Under the pieces are notes generated by a model that saw only the letters and a program-made list of their open reading frames with translations, was not told the origin of the DNA and did no database searches. The position numbers and the translations under genes are program-made. From positions 1-28,708 of the forward strand of contig DTYX01000219.1 of NCBI GenBank assembly GCA_012961655.1: DNA of 28,708 nucleotides, in the 5' to 3' direction. The DNA comes from Candidatus Poribacteria bacterium. GTDB lineage: Bacteria; Poribacteria; WGA-4E; DTYX01. Within the stretch, counting starts at the first letter, position 1; every line of letters starts with the position of its first letter. Below, piece by piece: positions 1 through 9,499 of this stretch.

Positions 1-161
1 AATACCATTTCTGGTTGAAAATAAAGCATAATTATGTTATCCTTTATCTCTATAAGTTTTGCCTGGAAACATAGATTGACTTAAACTAGACATTCAACTG
101 TTTGGTCTAAGTTACTTCCCGTTTGCAAGCAAAACAAATATACTCAGAAAGGAAAGAGATT

Positions 162-455
162 ATGAACAACCCTTTCGTCCAAAAAGAGGAAGCGCGACAA
201 ACTCTGGCACAGTGTGATGCTCGAGTCTTTCATTTACATCTGCACGAGAGTTTTAACCTTGAGCAAAAAGCTGACCACCAGCCGCCGCTGCATGAAGAAG
301 GCATCATCGAATGGGGAGAAATATTTGAGGCGCTTAAAGATATCGGATACAAGGGAGAACTTATATTCGAGGATGGGCGTGGAGAAAATCCGGCAGAATG
401 GATACGGATGACCGCTGCCTTTCCGCAGGCATTTGTCCAGCGTTACAGTAGCTAA
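162..455 (+). pseudogene. C-terminal fragment of a sugar phosphate isomerase/epimerase (xylose isomerase-like TIM barrel)
   Basis: 97 aa from ATG 162 (purine-rich RBS gaaaggaaag). Contains HLHLHE...DHQPP...GIIEWGEIFEALKDIGYKGELIFE, typical of the last third of this family. The N-terminal two thirds are absent and the upstream DNA is AT-rich and non-coding. Confidence 0.65.
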
Positions 456-530
456 TGTGCGTATTTTACTAAAGGATATTAAAACATTCAATATTATGAT
501 TCTAAGTGAAAAATTCTCGTCCGGAGATTG

Positions 531-2435
531 ATGATGAAAAAGAAACTACCATTCGGTGAAGAACAACTAAAATCCGAAAATTCTTCCCTCCGTTTTATGC
601 TCGCCGGTCTGTTTTTAGGCGTTGTTTTGATAGTGATAAACTGCTACTGGATAGTCTCATCAGAAAACCGTGTCGTCTGGGAACTAACCGATTTTTCCAT
701 CTTTCCCACCGTTCTCTTTACACTTTTCTCAGTTGCAGGAATCAATCTCCTGTTGAATCGGTTCACGAAAAATGCTTCTCTGAGTCAGACAGAACTTGCG
801 ACCGTTTACATCATGATATCCATCGCAACGGCTCTGGCAGGGCATGATATCATACGCCAGTTGGTTCCGTTGATGGGCAACGCCTTCTGGTACGCGACCC
901 CGGAAAACGAGTGGGAAGATCTTTTTTTCCGCTATATCCCTCGCTGGCTGACTGTAGATGATAAGCGAATCCTGGAGGGCTATTTTGAAGGCGGAACGAC
1001 ATTCTTTCAAGAGAAATACATAAAAGCCTGGTCCGTTCCGATACTCGCCTGGTCTGGCTTTGTAATAGTCGCGCTATTTGTGATGCTCTGCATCAACATT
1101 ATCGTCCGAAGACAGTGGATTGAACATGAGAGATTGAGTTACCCGATTACCGTTTTACCTATAGAGGTCATCAGGAACACATCCGGCCTCTTTTCAAATA
1201 GATTGATGTGGATTGGGTTTTCAGTGGCCTTTGGCATCGAAATAATGGCGGGCATCCATTTCCTTTATCCTGCGGTTCCTTACTTAGATCTCAAGTATGA
1301 ACTCGGCAGGCTGTTCACAGAGAAGCCGTGGAACGCTATCGGATGGCTGCCGATAAATATCTACGCTTTTGCCGTAGGACTTGGATATCTGATGCCGTTG
1401 GATTTATCTCTCTCTTTATGGGTCTTTTACCTGTTTTGGAAAGTGCAACTCGTTTTCTTCAGCATTGTGGGTTGGAAAACGGTGGGCGGCTATCAGGGCG
1501 AACAGCGCGCCGGGGCGTGGATAGGCATCGGTATTCTGGCTCTTTGGACGAGCCGAAAGCACATCAAGCGGGTATTGTTTGGCATCTTTTCAAAACACCC
1601 CATAGACCCATTATCGAAGATGGCTGTCGCTGGTTTCATTATTGGCATGGTAATCATCGTCTTTTTCTGGTCCCATGCGGGATTGGATTATTGGGTGACG
1701 TTGCTGTATTTCGGCATCTACTTTGTTCTCTGCATTGCGATGACTCGAATGAGGGCTGAATTGGGACCGCCGACGCACGAACTCCACAACATACATCCAG
1801 ATAAAATCATGGTCCTGTTTATGGGGTCAAGGAAATTGGGCGCGCTTAATTTGACTAATACCACCCTTCTATCGTGGCTCGCTTATGGCTACCGCTGCCA
1901 TCCCATGCCTCATCAGTTGGAAGGATTTAAGATTGGCTCGTCCTTAAAAATGACTGACAAACGGTTAGTCGTCGCTATGATATTGGCGATGATTGTCGGG
2001 ACGATTACCGCTATCATGGCTCATGTTGTACTCTATCACAAATATCTGTTCGCCCGTTGGGGCATAGGTGATTTTAATCGTTTGCGAAATTGGCTAGCCT
2101 ATCCCGTCAGCACAAATGTGTCGGCGCTAAAGCAGATAGGATTTGGGTTTTTCCTGACGATGCTGCTGATGATACTGAAACGGCGTTTCTTCTGGTGGCC
2201 ATTATATCCGGTGGGATACGCAGTCGGAAGCGGTTGGGCTATCAGTTGGATGTGGTTTTCGATTTTTTTAGGGTGGCTCTCCAAAAGGGTAATCCTTTCC
2301 GGAGGCGGTTTGAAAGCTCATCGAAGCGCCATGCCGCTTCTCTTCGGTTTCATACTGGGACAATTTCTCGCCGGTAGCCTCTGGAGTATCATAGGTATCC
2401 TGCTCACAAAACGAGTCTATACGCTTTTTCCCTAA
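531..2435 (+). CDS. DUF6785/DUF6784-type polytopic membrane protein (OPT-like putative peptide transporter)
   Basis: About 634 aa with many hydrophobic helices. Motifs WIEHERLSYPI, RMRAELGPP, HPMPHQLEGFK and WWPLYPVGY match my recollection of this family. Start is 531 or 534. Confidence 0.75.
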   Translation: MMKKKLPFGEEQLKSENSSLRFMLAGLFLGVVLIVINCYWIVSSENRVVWELTDFSIFPTVLFTLFSVAGINLLLNRFTKNASLSQTELATVYIMISIATALAGHDIIRQLVPLMGNAFWYATPENEWEDLFFRYIPRWLTVDDKRILEGYFEGGTTFFQEKYIKAWSVPILAWSGFVIVALFVMLCINIIVRRQWIEHERLSYPITVLPIEVIRNTSGLFSNRLMWIGFSVAFGIEIMAGIHFLYPAVPYLDLKYELGRLFTEKPWNAIGWLPINIYAFAVGLGYLMPLDLSLSLWVFYLFWKVQLVFFSIVGWKTVGGYQGEQRAGAWIGIGILALWTSRKHIKRVLFGIFSKHPIDPLSKMAVAGFIIGMVIIVFFWSHAGLDYWVTLLYFGIYFVLCIAMTRMRAELGPPTHELHNIHPDKIMVLFMGSRKLGALNLTNTTLLSWLAYGYRCHPMPHQLEGFKIGSSLKMTDKRLVVAMILAMIVGTITAIMAHVVLYHKYLFARWGIGDFNRLRNWLAYPVSTNVSALKQIGFGFFLTMLLMILKRRFFWWPLYPVGYAVGSGWAISWMWFSIFLGWLSKRVILSGGGLKAHRSAMPLLFGFILGQFLAGSLWSIIGILLTKRVYTLFP

Positions 2436-2482
2436 GGATTGTTATTGCTGCTTTGCGTCGTTCAGAATCCCACCGGTGTCGA

Positions 2483-3607
2483 TTACCGTTCTCTTGTCAA
2501 ATCAACAAATTCTCTCACTTTCGCCATCGGAGTTAAGGGAGTTACTGGGCTGCCAAGTGACATCACAAATCGGCCGCTGCGACGGCCAACTTCAAGTTGA
2601 CGTTTGATTTCTGCTACCATGACTTCACGACTGCCGTTTTGTAAAATTCCGATGGCATCGACATTGCCGAACAGACATGCCCGACCAGCGACGATTTTAT
2701 CAACTTTATTAATTTCAATGACAAAGTTCTTTTTGCTCTCTTCTAAAGAGATACAGGTTGGATTCATCTGCACCAAATCTTCTAGTCTATCGCTCACGTC
2801 GCCGCAGAAGTAGTAGATGCTTTTCATCCCAAGTCCGTTGATAAGTTCGATTTGACGTTTGACATAGGGCGCGGCGAAGCGGCGAAAGTGTGCGAGCGAA
2901 ATTAGGTCGGCGGAACTGTAACAGTCCTCAACCCAAACGCCGTCGATGCCGATTCGCGCGTATGCTTTCAGTGTTTCCAGCGATGCGATTGTAATTTTCT
3001 CTATCAAGCGTTCCACCCATTCTGGACGTTCAATCAGATTGGTCATCATCTCGTAAAACCCGAAATATGAATGCAGTCCCCAAAACGGCGCGCCGATGCT
3101 TGAGAAGATAAAATATTCATCGCCGAATTCACGGATGACTGCAGAGGCGTAATCCAGACTGCCATCTTTGATTCTATCCATCGCGGGACAGATATCTATC
3201 ATCTGGTCAATATCCTCCATACTATGGACACGACTTGTCGTAATGGGAGTCTGAGTTCCACCCGGCGGCTCTCGGTGAATTGCCCGCTCTTGTCCCGTCT
3301 CTTTGTCTATGATAAATGGCTGTTTACCGCGCACCTTGACCTCATGCTTTTCGCGCCATTCACGTGAATAGCCGCCGTTCGCGGGAATCCAATCTATTGC
3401 CAGTTTTTCTTGCAAATCTTTCGCCACCTGCAGATTTGTTTCAATATCGCCTGTACGAACCGCCCACCAAGGCGCCTCCGTCACCTCTTCCCAATGGTCG
3501 CGGAGAAAAATCCCCAAGTACGGAATGACGACGGGAAATTCCCTCACTTCAACGCCATCCATAACGGCGAACATCTTTTCTTTGCTTGTCATCTTAATAG
3601 CTCCCAT
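2483..3607 (-). CDS. Uroporphyrinogen decarboxylase-like / MtaA-CmuA superfamily TIM-barrel protein (not HemE)
   Basis: 374 aa with GIDGVWVED, YYFCG, CLFGNVD and a C-terminal GRFVMSLGSPVTPLTP. Lacks the HemE RQAGR motif. Confidence 0.8.
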   Translation of the reverse strand: MGAIKMTSKEKMFAVMDGVEVREFPVVIPYLGIFLRDHWEEVTEAPWWAVRTGDIETNLQVAKDLQEKLAIDWIPANGGYSREWREKHEVKVRGKQPFIIDKETGQERAIHREPPGGTQTPITTSRVHSMEDIDQMIDICPAMDRIKDGSLDYASAVIREFGDEYFIFSSIGAPFWGLHSYFGFYEMMTNLIERPEWVERLIEKITIASLETLKAYARIGIDGVWVEDCYSSADLISLAHFRRFAAPYVKRQIELINGLGMKSIYYFCGDVSDRLEDLVQMNPTCISLEESKKNFVIEINKVDKIVAGRACLFGNVDAIGILQNGSREVMVAEIKRQLEVGRRSGRFVMSLGSPVTPLTPMAKVREFVDLTRER

Positions 3608-3645
3608 GGTTAAAGGTTAAAAGTCAAGTAACGGTTGAATAAAGT

Positions 3646-4899
3646 TCATCTCTCCTGCATAAAGCTTTCAATTTCCTCAACTGTCTTCGGTATTCCATCT
3701 GTGAGGACTTCATTGCCATTTTCTGTCACCAGGACATCATCCTCGATGCGAACTCCGATGTCCCAATATTCAGGTGGAACATCTTCAGTATCTTTTGATA
3801 TGTAGATGCCCGGCTCGACAGTTAAAACCATGCCCGGTTCAAAAATCCTCGCTTCGCCGTCCACTTTGCGTTTGCCGACATCGTGAGAATCCATACCTAA
3901 CCAATGTCCGGTATTGTGCATATAGAATTTCTTGTACTCTTCATCTTCTATCAATTTATCGACCTCGCCGCAGAGCAATCCGAGTTCTACTAAACCCTCG
4001 GTTATCACCTGGACTGCCTTGTTATGAAAATCGTCCAAACTGTTGCCCGGTTTAACGACTTCTATCGCCGCAAGTTGCGCCTCTAAAACAATATTATAAA
4101 TCGATTTCTGTATGTCGGAAAACTTCCCATTTGCCGGAATTGTGCGGGTTACATCGGCATCGTAGTATTGATATTCCGCCGCAGCGTCTATAAGCACAAG
4201 GGTGTTATCCTGTATTTGGCAGTTGTTAGTAGTGTAGTGGAGAATTGTGGCGTTCGCGCCAACGCCGACAATAGTTGGATAAGCAGGGCCGACAGCTCCA
4301 TTTTGGCGGAAGGTATAGCCTATGAGAGCCTCCAGTTCATATTCATACATCCCCGGTTTGACCGCTTTCATCGCTTCACGATGCGCCATTTCGGTAATCG
4401 CTGCCGCTTTGCGCATCAGATTGAGTTCATCCCTGCTTTTGAATAGCCGCATTTCGTGGAGAATCTTGCCAGTATCGATTAGCGTATGTGGGCGATAGCG
4501 TTTTATCAAATTGACAACTTTCTGGTTGAAAACTTCATCTGAGTCCATTCGGTAGTAGATTTTATCTGTACCACTGAGGTATTTGGGCAATTCTTCGTCC
4601 AGCTTATCGATGGGATAAGCTTCATCCGCTCCAAACCGTTGTTTCGCGCCTTCAACGCCGGCGCGCCTGCCAGTCCATCTTTCCCGCTCTTCATCCTTTG
4701 CACGGACGAATAAAACAAATTTATGTTCTTTGTGTTCAGGCGTCAGAAGGCAAACGGCATTCGGCTCATCAAATCCCGTCAGATAGTAAAAATCCTTGTT
4801 CGGCAGATATTTCCTTTCGCCCATTTCCGGCGCGCGGAATATAGCTACGCCACCATCCATCTTTTCCATAAATTGTTTTCGTCTATCTGAATATGTCAT
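3646..4899 (-). CDS. pepP: Xaa-Pro aminopeptidase (M24B)
   Basis: 417 aa with metal-ligand motifs LIDAAAE, DVTRT, HNTGHWLGMDSHD, TVEPGIY and GVRIEDD, plus an N-terminal AMP_N-like region (DFYYLTGF.EP). Confidence 0.93.
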   Translation of the reverse strand: MTYSDRRKQFMEKMDGGVAIFRAPEMGERKYLPNKDFYYLTGFDEPNAVCLLTPEHKEHKFVLFVRAKDEERERWTGRRAGVEGAKQRFGADEAYPIDKLDEELPKYLSGTDKIYYRMDSDEVFNQKVVNLIKRYRPHTLIDTGKILHEMRLFKSRDELNLMRKAAAITEMAHREAMKAVKPGMYEYELEALIGYTFRQNGAVGPAYPTIVGVGANATILHYTTNNCQIQDNTLVLIDAAAEYQYYDADVTRTIPANGKFSDIQKSIYNIVLEAQLAAIEVVKPGNSLDDFHNKAVQVITEGLVELGLLCGEVDKLIEDEEYKKFYMHNTGHWLGMDSHDVGKRKVDGEARIFEPGMVLTVEPGIYISKDTEDVPPEYWDIGVRIEDDVLVTENGNEVLTDGIPKTVEEIESFMQER

Positions 4900-5051
4900 T
4901 TTATTTCCTTATCTAAATGTAAAGTTTAAACTTGTATCGTTTAAACATGGAAATCGGTTGACAAAACACGGTAGTATTAACCTAATTTGCTAGTTAGGAA
5001 AGTAATCCACCCAAAATTCGTCTCATCGTCGGTTGCGAGCTGCCGTATAAC

Positions 5052-5597
5052 TCATTGCAAAATTTCGATGTGGGTATGCGTATCGGCAATACCACATTCA
5101 TCCGGATAGGTATGGTATGTCCGGATCTGAACTCGTTTTGGTTGACAGGAATATTTTAATAAGGTCAAGGGGTTGAACCTCGTTTTACCCACGTGAACTG
5201 GAAACTCATAGAGCATGGCTTCGTTCTCACTATTTAAGAGGAGTTGATGCCGATTCCGATATTCGTCCTCTCCAAGCCACGCGGTGTGAAATTTGACGGT
5301 GTAGTGAACATCTCCCACCTTTATTGTCAAATCGTCGCCGTTCAATGGGATAGAACGTTCCACCAGCGTTGGCGCGTCGATCTTTCTAATCGGCAGACAA
5401 GTTAGACATTCAGTCAGTTGAGCAGAAGCAGTTCTCAGAGAAATAATGTGGCTGCTGCCAATAATCCGGAGGTCAAGTTGATAATTCGGCAGGCGCAAGC
5501 ATTTCTGCTTTAGGATGTGAAATTGGCCTGGAATACTATCCGACTCCAAAAGATAAAACCACAGGTCTGTCATGTTTTGGGATTGATAAGTGAGCAT
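5052..5597 (-). CDS. DUF2617 family protein
   Basis: 181 aa; the IIGSSH, YEFP and RTYHTYP motifs match DUF2617. Confidence 0.7.
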   Translation of the reverse strand: MLTYQSQNMTDLWFYLLESDSIPGQFHILKQKCLRLPNYQLDLRIIGSSHIISLRTASAQLTECLTCLPIRKIDAPTLVERSIPLNGDDLTIKVGDVHYTVKFHTAWLGEDEYRNRHQLLLNSENEAMLYEFPVHVGKTRFNPLTLLKYSCQPKRVQIRTYHTYPDECGIADTHTHIEILQ

Positions 5598-5657
5598 TGT
5601 ATCTTTGACTCTATGAGCTCAACCTCATAATTCACTTCAAATAAGTCTACTCTACAC

Positions 5658-5687
5658 AGTATAGCACACCATCGTTGCCACCTGCAA
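5658..5687 (-). promoter_or_regulatory. Putative sigma70 promoter for the DUF2617 gene
   Basis: Minus strand TTGCAG-N18-TATACT with an extended -10 TG. Confidence 0.45.
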
Positions 5688-5748
5688 GAATTTCTAGCTT
5701 TACCATCACCATCCACATCTGCCACAACGATATTTTGAACCGACGCAG

Positions 5749-5904
5749 GTAGGCCTATCTTCCAAAAGATGGTCTATTGCCCGACCGGGATAAGGAGGAT
5801 TTTAACTACCCATCCTGAAATGAGGTCGAGATTCCGTAAGACGAAGTCGCCTGCCGGAGCCATATCTCGACAGAAAAAACGTCGATTTTGGAAAATCGAC
5901 CTAC
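5749..5904. repeat. Inverted pair of GTAG-tagged REP-like hairpins (REPIN-like)
   Basis: 5749(+): GTAG-GCCTATCTT-CCA-AAAGATGGTC (imperfect). 5881-5904(-): GTAG-GTCGATTTT-CC-AAAATCGAC (perfect 9-bp stem). An internal inverted repeat gtcgagat...atctcgac lies between them. Confidence 0.65.
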
Positions 5905-5937
5905 GTAAGCTATCTTTGTCAAAACAATTTGACAGTG

Positions 5938-8262
5938 TTAACGAAATATAAGTTCGTAGGTTTGCCCAGCTTGAACATCTATAAGTATCGTTTCTGCTTC
6001 GCCATGATGTAGCAGCAGAACATCCCCTCCAGAGCGTATCTCGGCGATTTGCTGTCCGCTTGGTGGTCGCAGTCGGTGTTTGCCCATGATGCTGGCCTTT
6101 AGCACTGCTGAAGTGGCGCGTCCGTCGCGCCAGGTTAAGTCAACTTCCAAACCGCCGCGAGCGCGCAAACCTCGGAAGTGACCATCTGTCCAAGCCTTTG
6201 GCAAAGCTGGCAGAAAATGAATCTCACCAGCCCCTGATTTTCGAGATGGGTTCGCGCAGTAGCTCTGCAAAAGCATTTCAGCGATACCGGCACAGCCGCC
6301 GAAATTCCCATCAATCTGGAATGGCGGATGGTTGTCAAACAGATTGGGAAGCGTCGATTGTCGCAATAAGGCAAGGACATTTTCGTGAGCCTGTTCGCCA
6401 TCTTCCAAGCGCGCGAAGAAATTGATAATCCATGCTCGGCTCCAGCCGGTGTGTCCGCCGCCGTGTGATAGACGATAATCAATCGTCTTACGCACCGCAT
6501 CAGCTAGTTCAGGTGTGCCGCGCAAGGTAATTTGTCGTCCTGGATGCAGACCGAATAGGTGTGACATATGTCGGTGGCCTGGTTCTGGTTCCTCGAATTC
6601 TTCAGGCCATTCCAAAAGGCGACCGTCACTGCCGATTTTCATTGGCGCAAGACGCGACAGCATATATTCCAATTTCTGGCGGAAGTCCTCGTCGATGCCG
6701 AGAATTTTGCTCGTCTCGATGCAATTGGTGAAAAGGTCGTAGATAATCTGATGGTCCATGGTTGCTCCCATGGTCAGACAAGCGACCTGGCCGTCAGTTG
6801 TGCGGAAGCGATTCTCCGGCGAGGTGGACGGTCCGGAAACCAGATAGCCGCTTTTGGGGTGTTCGACGAGATAATCTACAAAGAACTCCGCCGCCTCTTT
6901 CATAATGGGATAGGCGCGCTTTGCCAGGAATTCGCGGTCGCCGCTGAAAACGTAATGTTCCCACAGATGCTGACAACACCACGCCGCGCCAAAGGGCCAC
7001 ATGCCATACACGGGACTGCCGATGGCACTGGTAAAGTGCCAAGCATCAGTTGTATGGTGTGCGGTAAAACCTCGACAGTTATAGGTTTTCTCCGCCGTAA
7101 TCCTGCCTCTGGGACGCAATGCATCGATTAAATCGAAGAACGGTTCGTGACACTCAGCCAGGTTGCATACTTCGGCGGGCCAGTAGTTCATCTGAATATT
7201 GATGTTGATATGATAATCGGCGTTCCAGGGTGGATTGAGACCGTCCGCCCACAATCCTTGCAAGTTAGCGGGCATAGCGCCGGGACGGGAGGAACTAATC
7301 AGCAAATAGCGGCCGAACTGGAAATACTGGGCGATAAGCTGTGGGTCATCACTGCCTTTCTGCAATGCTGCCAAGCGCTCGTCTGTGGGTAGATTGACCG
7401 TGCCGGATTTGCCCAGACGAAGCTCAACCCTTCTGAACAGACGCTGATGTTCAGCCACGTGTGCCCGACGCAGTTCGGCATAGTTCTTTTTTGCAGCGGA
7501 TGTAAGCTGATTCTCACAAACCGCACGCGGGTCTTCACCGCGGTAGTTAGTCGCGGCAACCAACAGCAGCGTAACGGCGTCGGCATTCTCCACCCGCAAT
7601 CCCTTATCAGCTATCATCAACTTTCCGCCTTCGGGAAGAAGTTTGAGTTGAGCGGAAAATTTCACCCCATTGCCGTCGTTTAAATGTCCGTGTATCACAA
7701 TGAGATTGGGTGCGACTGCTTCGATATTAGCGTCTTTTGGACGGGAAAGGCTGGCGTCGAAGGTAATCATGCCCGGTTTATCGCAATCGAGCCTGACAAC
7801 GATGGCTTGATGGACGGCGGTGGAAAACACCTCACGCGTGAAAGTCGCATCGCCGACGCGATAGTCGATTCGTGCAATTGCGCTGTCCAAGTCGAGTTCA
7901 CGACGGTAATCGGACACCTTCGATTGTGGCTCGAAAAACAATTCTAGGTCGCCAAGTGTCTGGTAGGTGTGAATGCCACCTTCGATACGAAGTCCCATAA
8001 TTTTCTCTTCGACCAGCTTCTCAGCTTCGGCGTATTTGCCTTCGAACAGCAATCGCCTCGCTGCTGGAAGATATTTCGCCGCGCCGGGCTTATCCCGCTC
8101 GATCAGTTTGCCGCTCCACAAACTGTCTTCGTTTAGTTGTATTCGTTCGCGTTGGATACCGCCAAATACCATCGCGCCCAAACGACCGTTGCCGATAGGT
8201 AACGCTTCAACCCACTCCTTAGCCGGCTGGCGATACCAGAGTATCATGTCATCGTTGAACAT
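5938..8262 (-). CDS. GH95 alpha-L-fucosidase-family glycoside hydrolase, no signal peptide
   Basis: 774 aa with ALPIGNGRLGAM, QLNEDSLW, QFGRYLLISSSRPG, PANLQGLW, YHININIQMNYW, HRHMSHL and FQIDGNFG. Confidence 0.93.
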   Translation of the reverse strand: MFNDDMILWYRQPAKEWVEALPIGNGRLGAMVFGGIQRERIQLNEDSLWSGKLIERDKPGAAKYLPAARRLLFEGKYAEAEKLVEEKIMGLRIEGGIHTYQTLGDLELFFEPQSKVSDYRRELDLDSAIARIDYRVGDATFTREVFSTAVHQAIVVRLDCDKPGMITFDASLSRPKDANIEAVAPNLIVIHGHLNDGNGVKFSAQLKLLPEGGKLMIADKGLRVENADAVTLLLVAATNYRGEDPRAVCENQLTSAAKKNYAELRRAHVAEHQRLFRRVELRLGKSGTVNLPTDERLAALQKGSDDPQLIAQYFQFGRYLLISSSRPGAMPANLQGLWADGLNPPWNADYHININIQMNYWPAEVCNLAECHEPFFDLIDALRPRGRITAEKTYNCRGFTAHHTTDAWHFTSAIGSPVYGMWPFGAAWCCQHLWEHYVFSGDREFLAKRAYPIMKEAAEFFVDYLVEHPKSGYLVSGPSTSPENRFRTTDGQVACLTMGATMDHQIIYDLFTNCIETSKILGIDEDFRQKLEYMLSRLAPMKIGSDGRLLEWPEEFEEPEPGHRHMSHLFGLHPGRQITLRGTPELADAVRKTIDYRLSHGGGHTGWSRAWIINFFARLEDGEQAHENVLALLRQSTLPNLFDNHPPFQIDGNFGGCAGIAEMLLQSYCANPSRKSGAGEIHFLPALPKAWTDGHFRGLRARGGLEVDLTWRDGRATSAVLKASIMGKHRLRPPSGQQIAEIRSGGDVLLLHHGEAETILIDVQAGQTYELIFR

Positions 8263-8482
8263 TTTTTATCTCCCTTGTCAAATTACAGTTCTCTTGGAAG
8301 GTCTAAAAGCCTATTCACTTCCCCGTTCACTTCGTTCAGGGCATGGTTCGAAGGGATGGAGTAGCGGTGCTTGCGACGCGCACAGGATTGAAATTTTTTA
8401 TTCCATATAACACGATTCGGATGCAAAGACTTTTTATGATTTTTTTCTACCCACCCGAAGATATCGCCATCTTTTTCATCTA

Positions 8483-9472
8483 TCATCTGATTCGCGCTGG
8501 TACTATCAGTTCAGATGCGTCAGCCTGGAGAAAAGTCAGCAATTTTTTATTAAACTCCGCTGGATTTTCGCAATGTGGCGCATGTCGCGCCGCGTCGATT
8601 ATTGCGAGCTTGAGGTCAAAACGCTGTGTCTCATCCGTTGCCGGATATGCAGAAGCTGCCGCTGGGTCATTTTTCCCGAGAATGAGTAGAACGGGGGAGT
8701 TTATTTCATGTATCCTCATCAATGGATTGGCTTTTACAAATGATTTCATACTTTGTGTCGCCGAAGCGACAGTTGGCTTCAACCATATTTCACGCGCTTT
8801 TGGCTCGCGGAGTGAACGCGCCCCTAGAAATCGAACCGCGCGATACCATAATCCCCCGATTACAGATGCGCCCATAAGTTTATGACCGATTCGGTGTCCG
8901 CTCATGGGTAAAGCGACCAGAACCAATTTGTTGACACGTTCGGGATAATTCAAGGTGAATAACATCGCGATGGTACCGCCCATGGAGTGTCCGACGACGA
9001 CAGCGTTGGCAATGCCCAGCACATCAAAAAAATCATGTAGCATATCGACGAAATCCGTCATCCGATAACCGCTTTTGGGGATGTCGGATTCCCCAAAGCC
9101 TTTCAGATCTAAAGCATATATCCGATAATGTAGTAGCAAATCTTTAATGGTATATTTCCAATATTGCCTCGCGCCGGCCCAGCAATGAAGCAATACAACA
9201 ACTTCACCTTCGCCGCCCACTTCGTAAGAAATGTTGCCATGTTGGGAGAGGTATACTTTTTTGACCTCTGTGTTATTGCTTAATTCAGTCGCCAGAGTCT
9301 CTTCCACGGTACTGATGGGAAATACTTTCCGTCTGTTTTTCTCGAAGTTTCTATTCGATTGGAAGATAGATATAGCAATGAAAACAACGATGATTAGAAG
9401 CAATATTAACAAAAAGCGGTATCCGTGAGCTTTGGTTTGTTTGCGTCTTAACTGTATCTGTTTCATAGTCAT
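8483..9472 (-). CDS. Alpha/beta hydrolase with N-terminal membrane anchor
   Basis: 329 aa with a basic N-terminus followed by FLLILLLIIVVFIAISIF. Contains DLKGFGES, the nucleophile elbow GHSMGG, a probable acid in GKNDP and a His in RHAPH. Confidence 0.88.
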   Translation of the reverse strand: MTMKQIQLRRKQTKAHGYRFLLILLLIIVVFIAISIFQSNRNFEKNRRKVFPISTVEETLATELSNNTEVKKVYLSQHGNISYEVGGEGEVVVLLHCWAGARQYWKYTIKDLLLHYRIYALDLKGFGESDIPKSGYRMTDFVDMLHDFFDVLGIANAVVVGHSMGGTIAMLFTLNYPERVNKLVLVALPMSGHRIGHKLMGASVIGGLWYRAVRFLGARSLREPKAREIWLKPTVASATQSMKSFVKANPLMRIHEINSPVLLILGKNDPAAASAYPATDETQRFDLKLAIIDAARHAPHCENPAEFNKKLLTFLQADASELIVPARIR

Positions 9473-9499
9473 TAGCAGTTTTGAAAAAATCGGTTGGAT

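Noticed and set aside
2483-3607. Calling the URO-D-like gene hemE
   Set aside because: No RQAGR motif and no tetrapyrrole gene context.
4958-4990. Plus-strand TTGACA in the pepP-DUF2617 gap
   Set aside because: No properly spaced -10 and no plus-strand gene downstream.
8321-8355. Degenerate ccc.ttc.acttcgttcagggc...ttcgaaggg palindrome-like sequence
   Set aside because: Single poorly paired copy in this window. It resembles common bacterial repeats but cannot be supported from this sequence alone.
8343-8885. 180-aa plus-strand ORF, and similar overlapping ORFs such as 6568-7131, 1328-1759, 17480-17947 and 26093-26545
   Set aside because: They overlap confident genes on another frame or strand and show no family motifs or convincing RBS.
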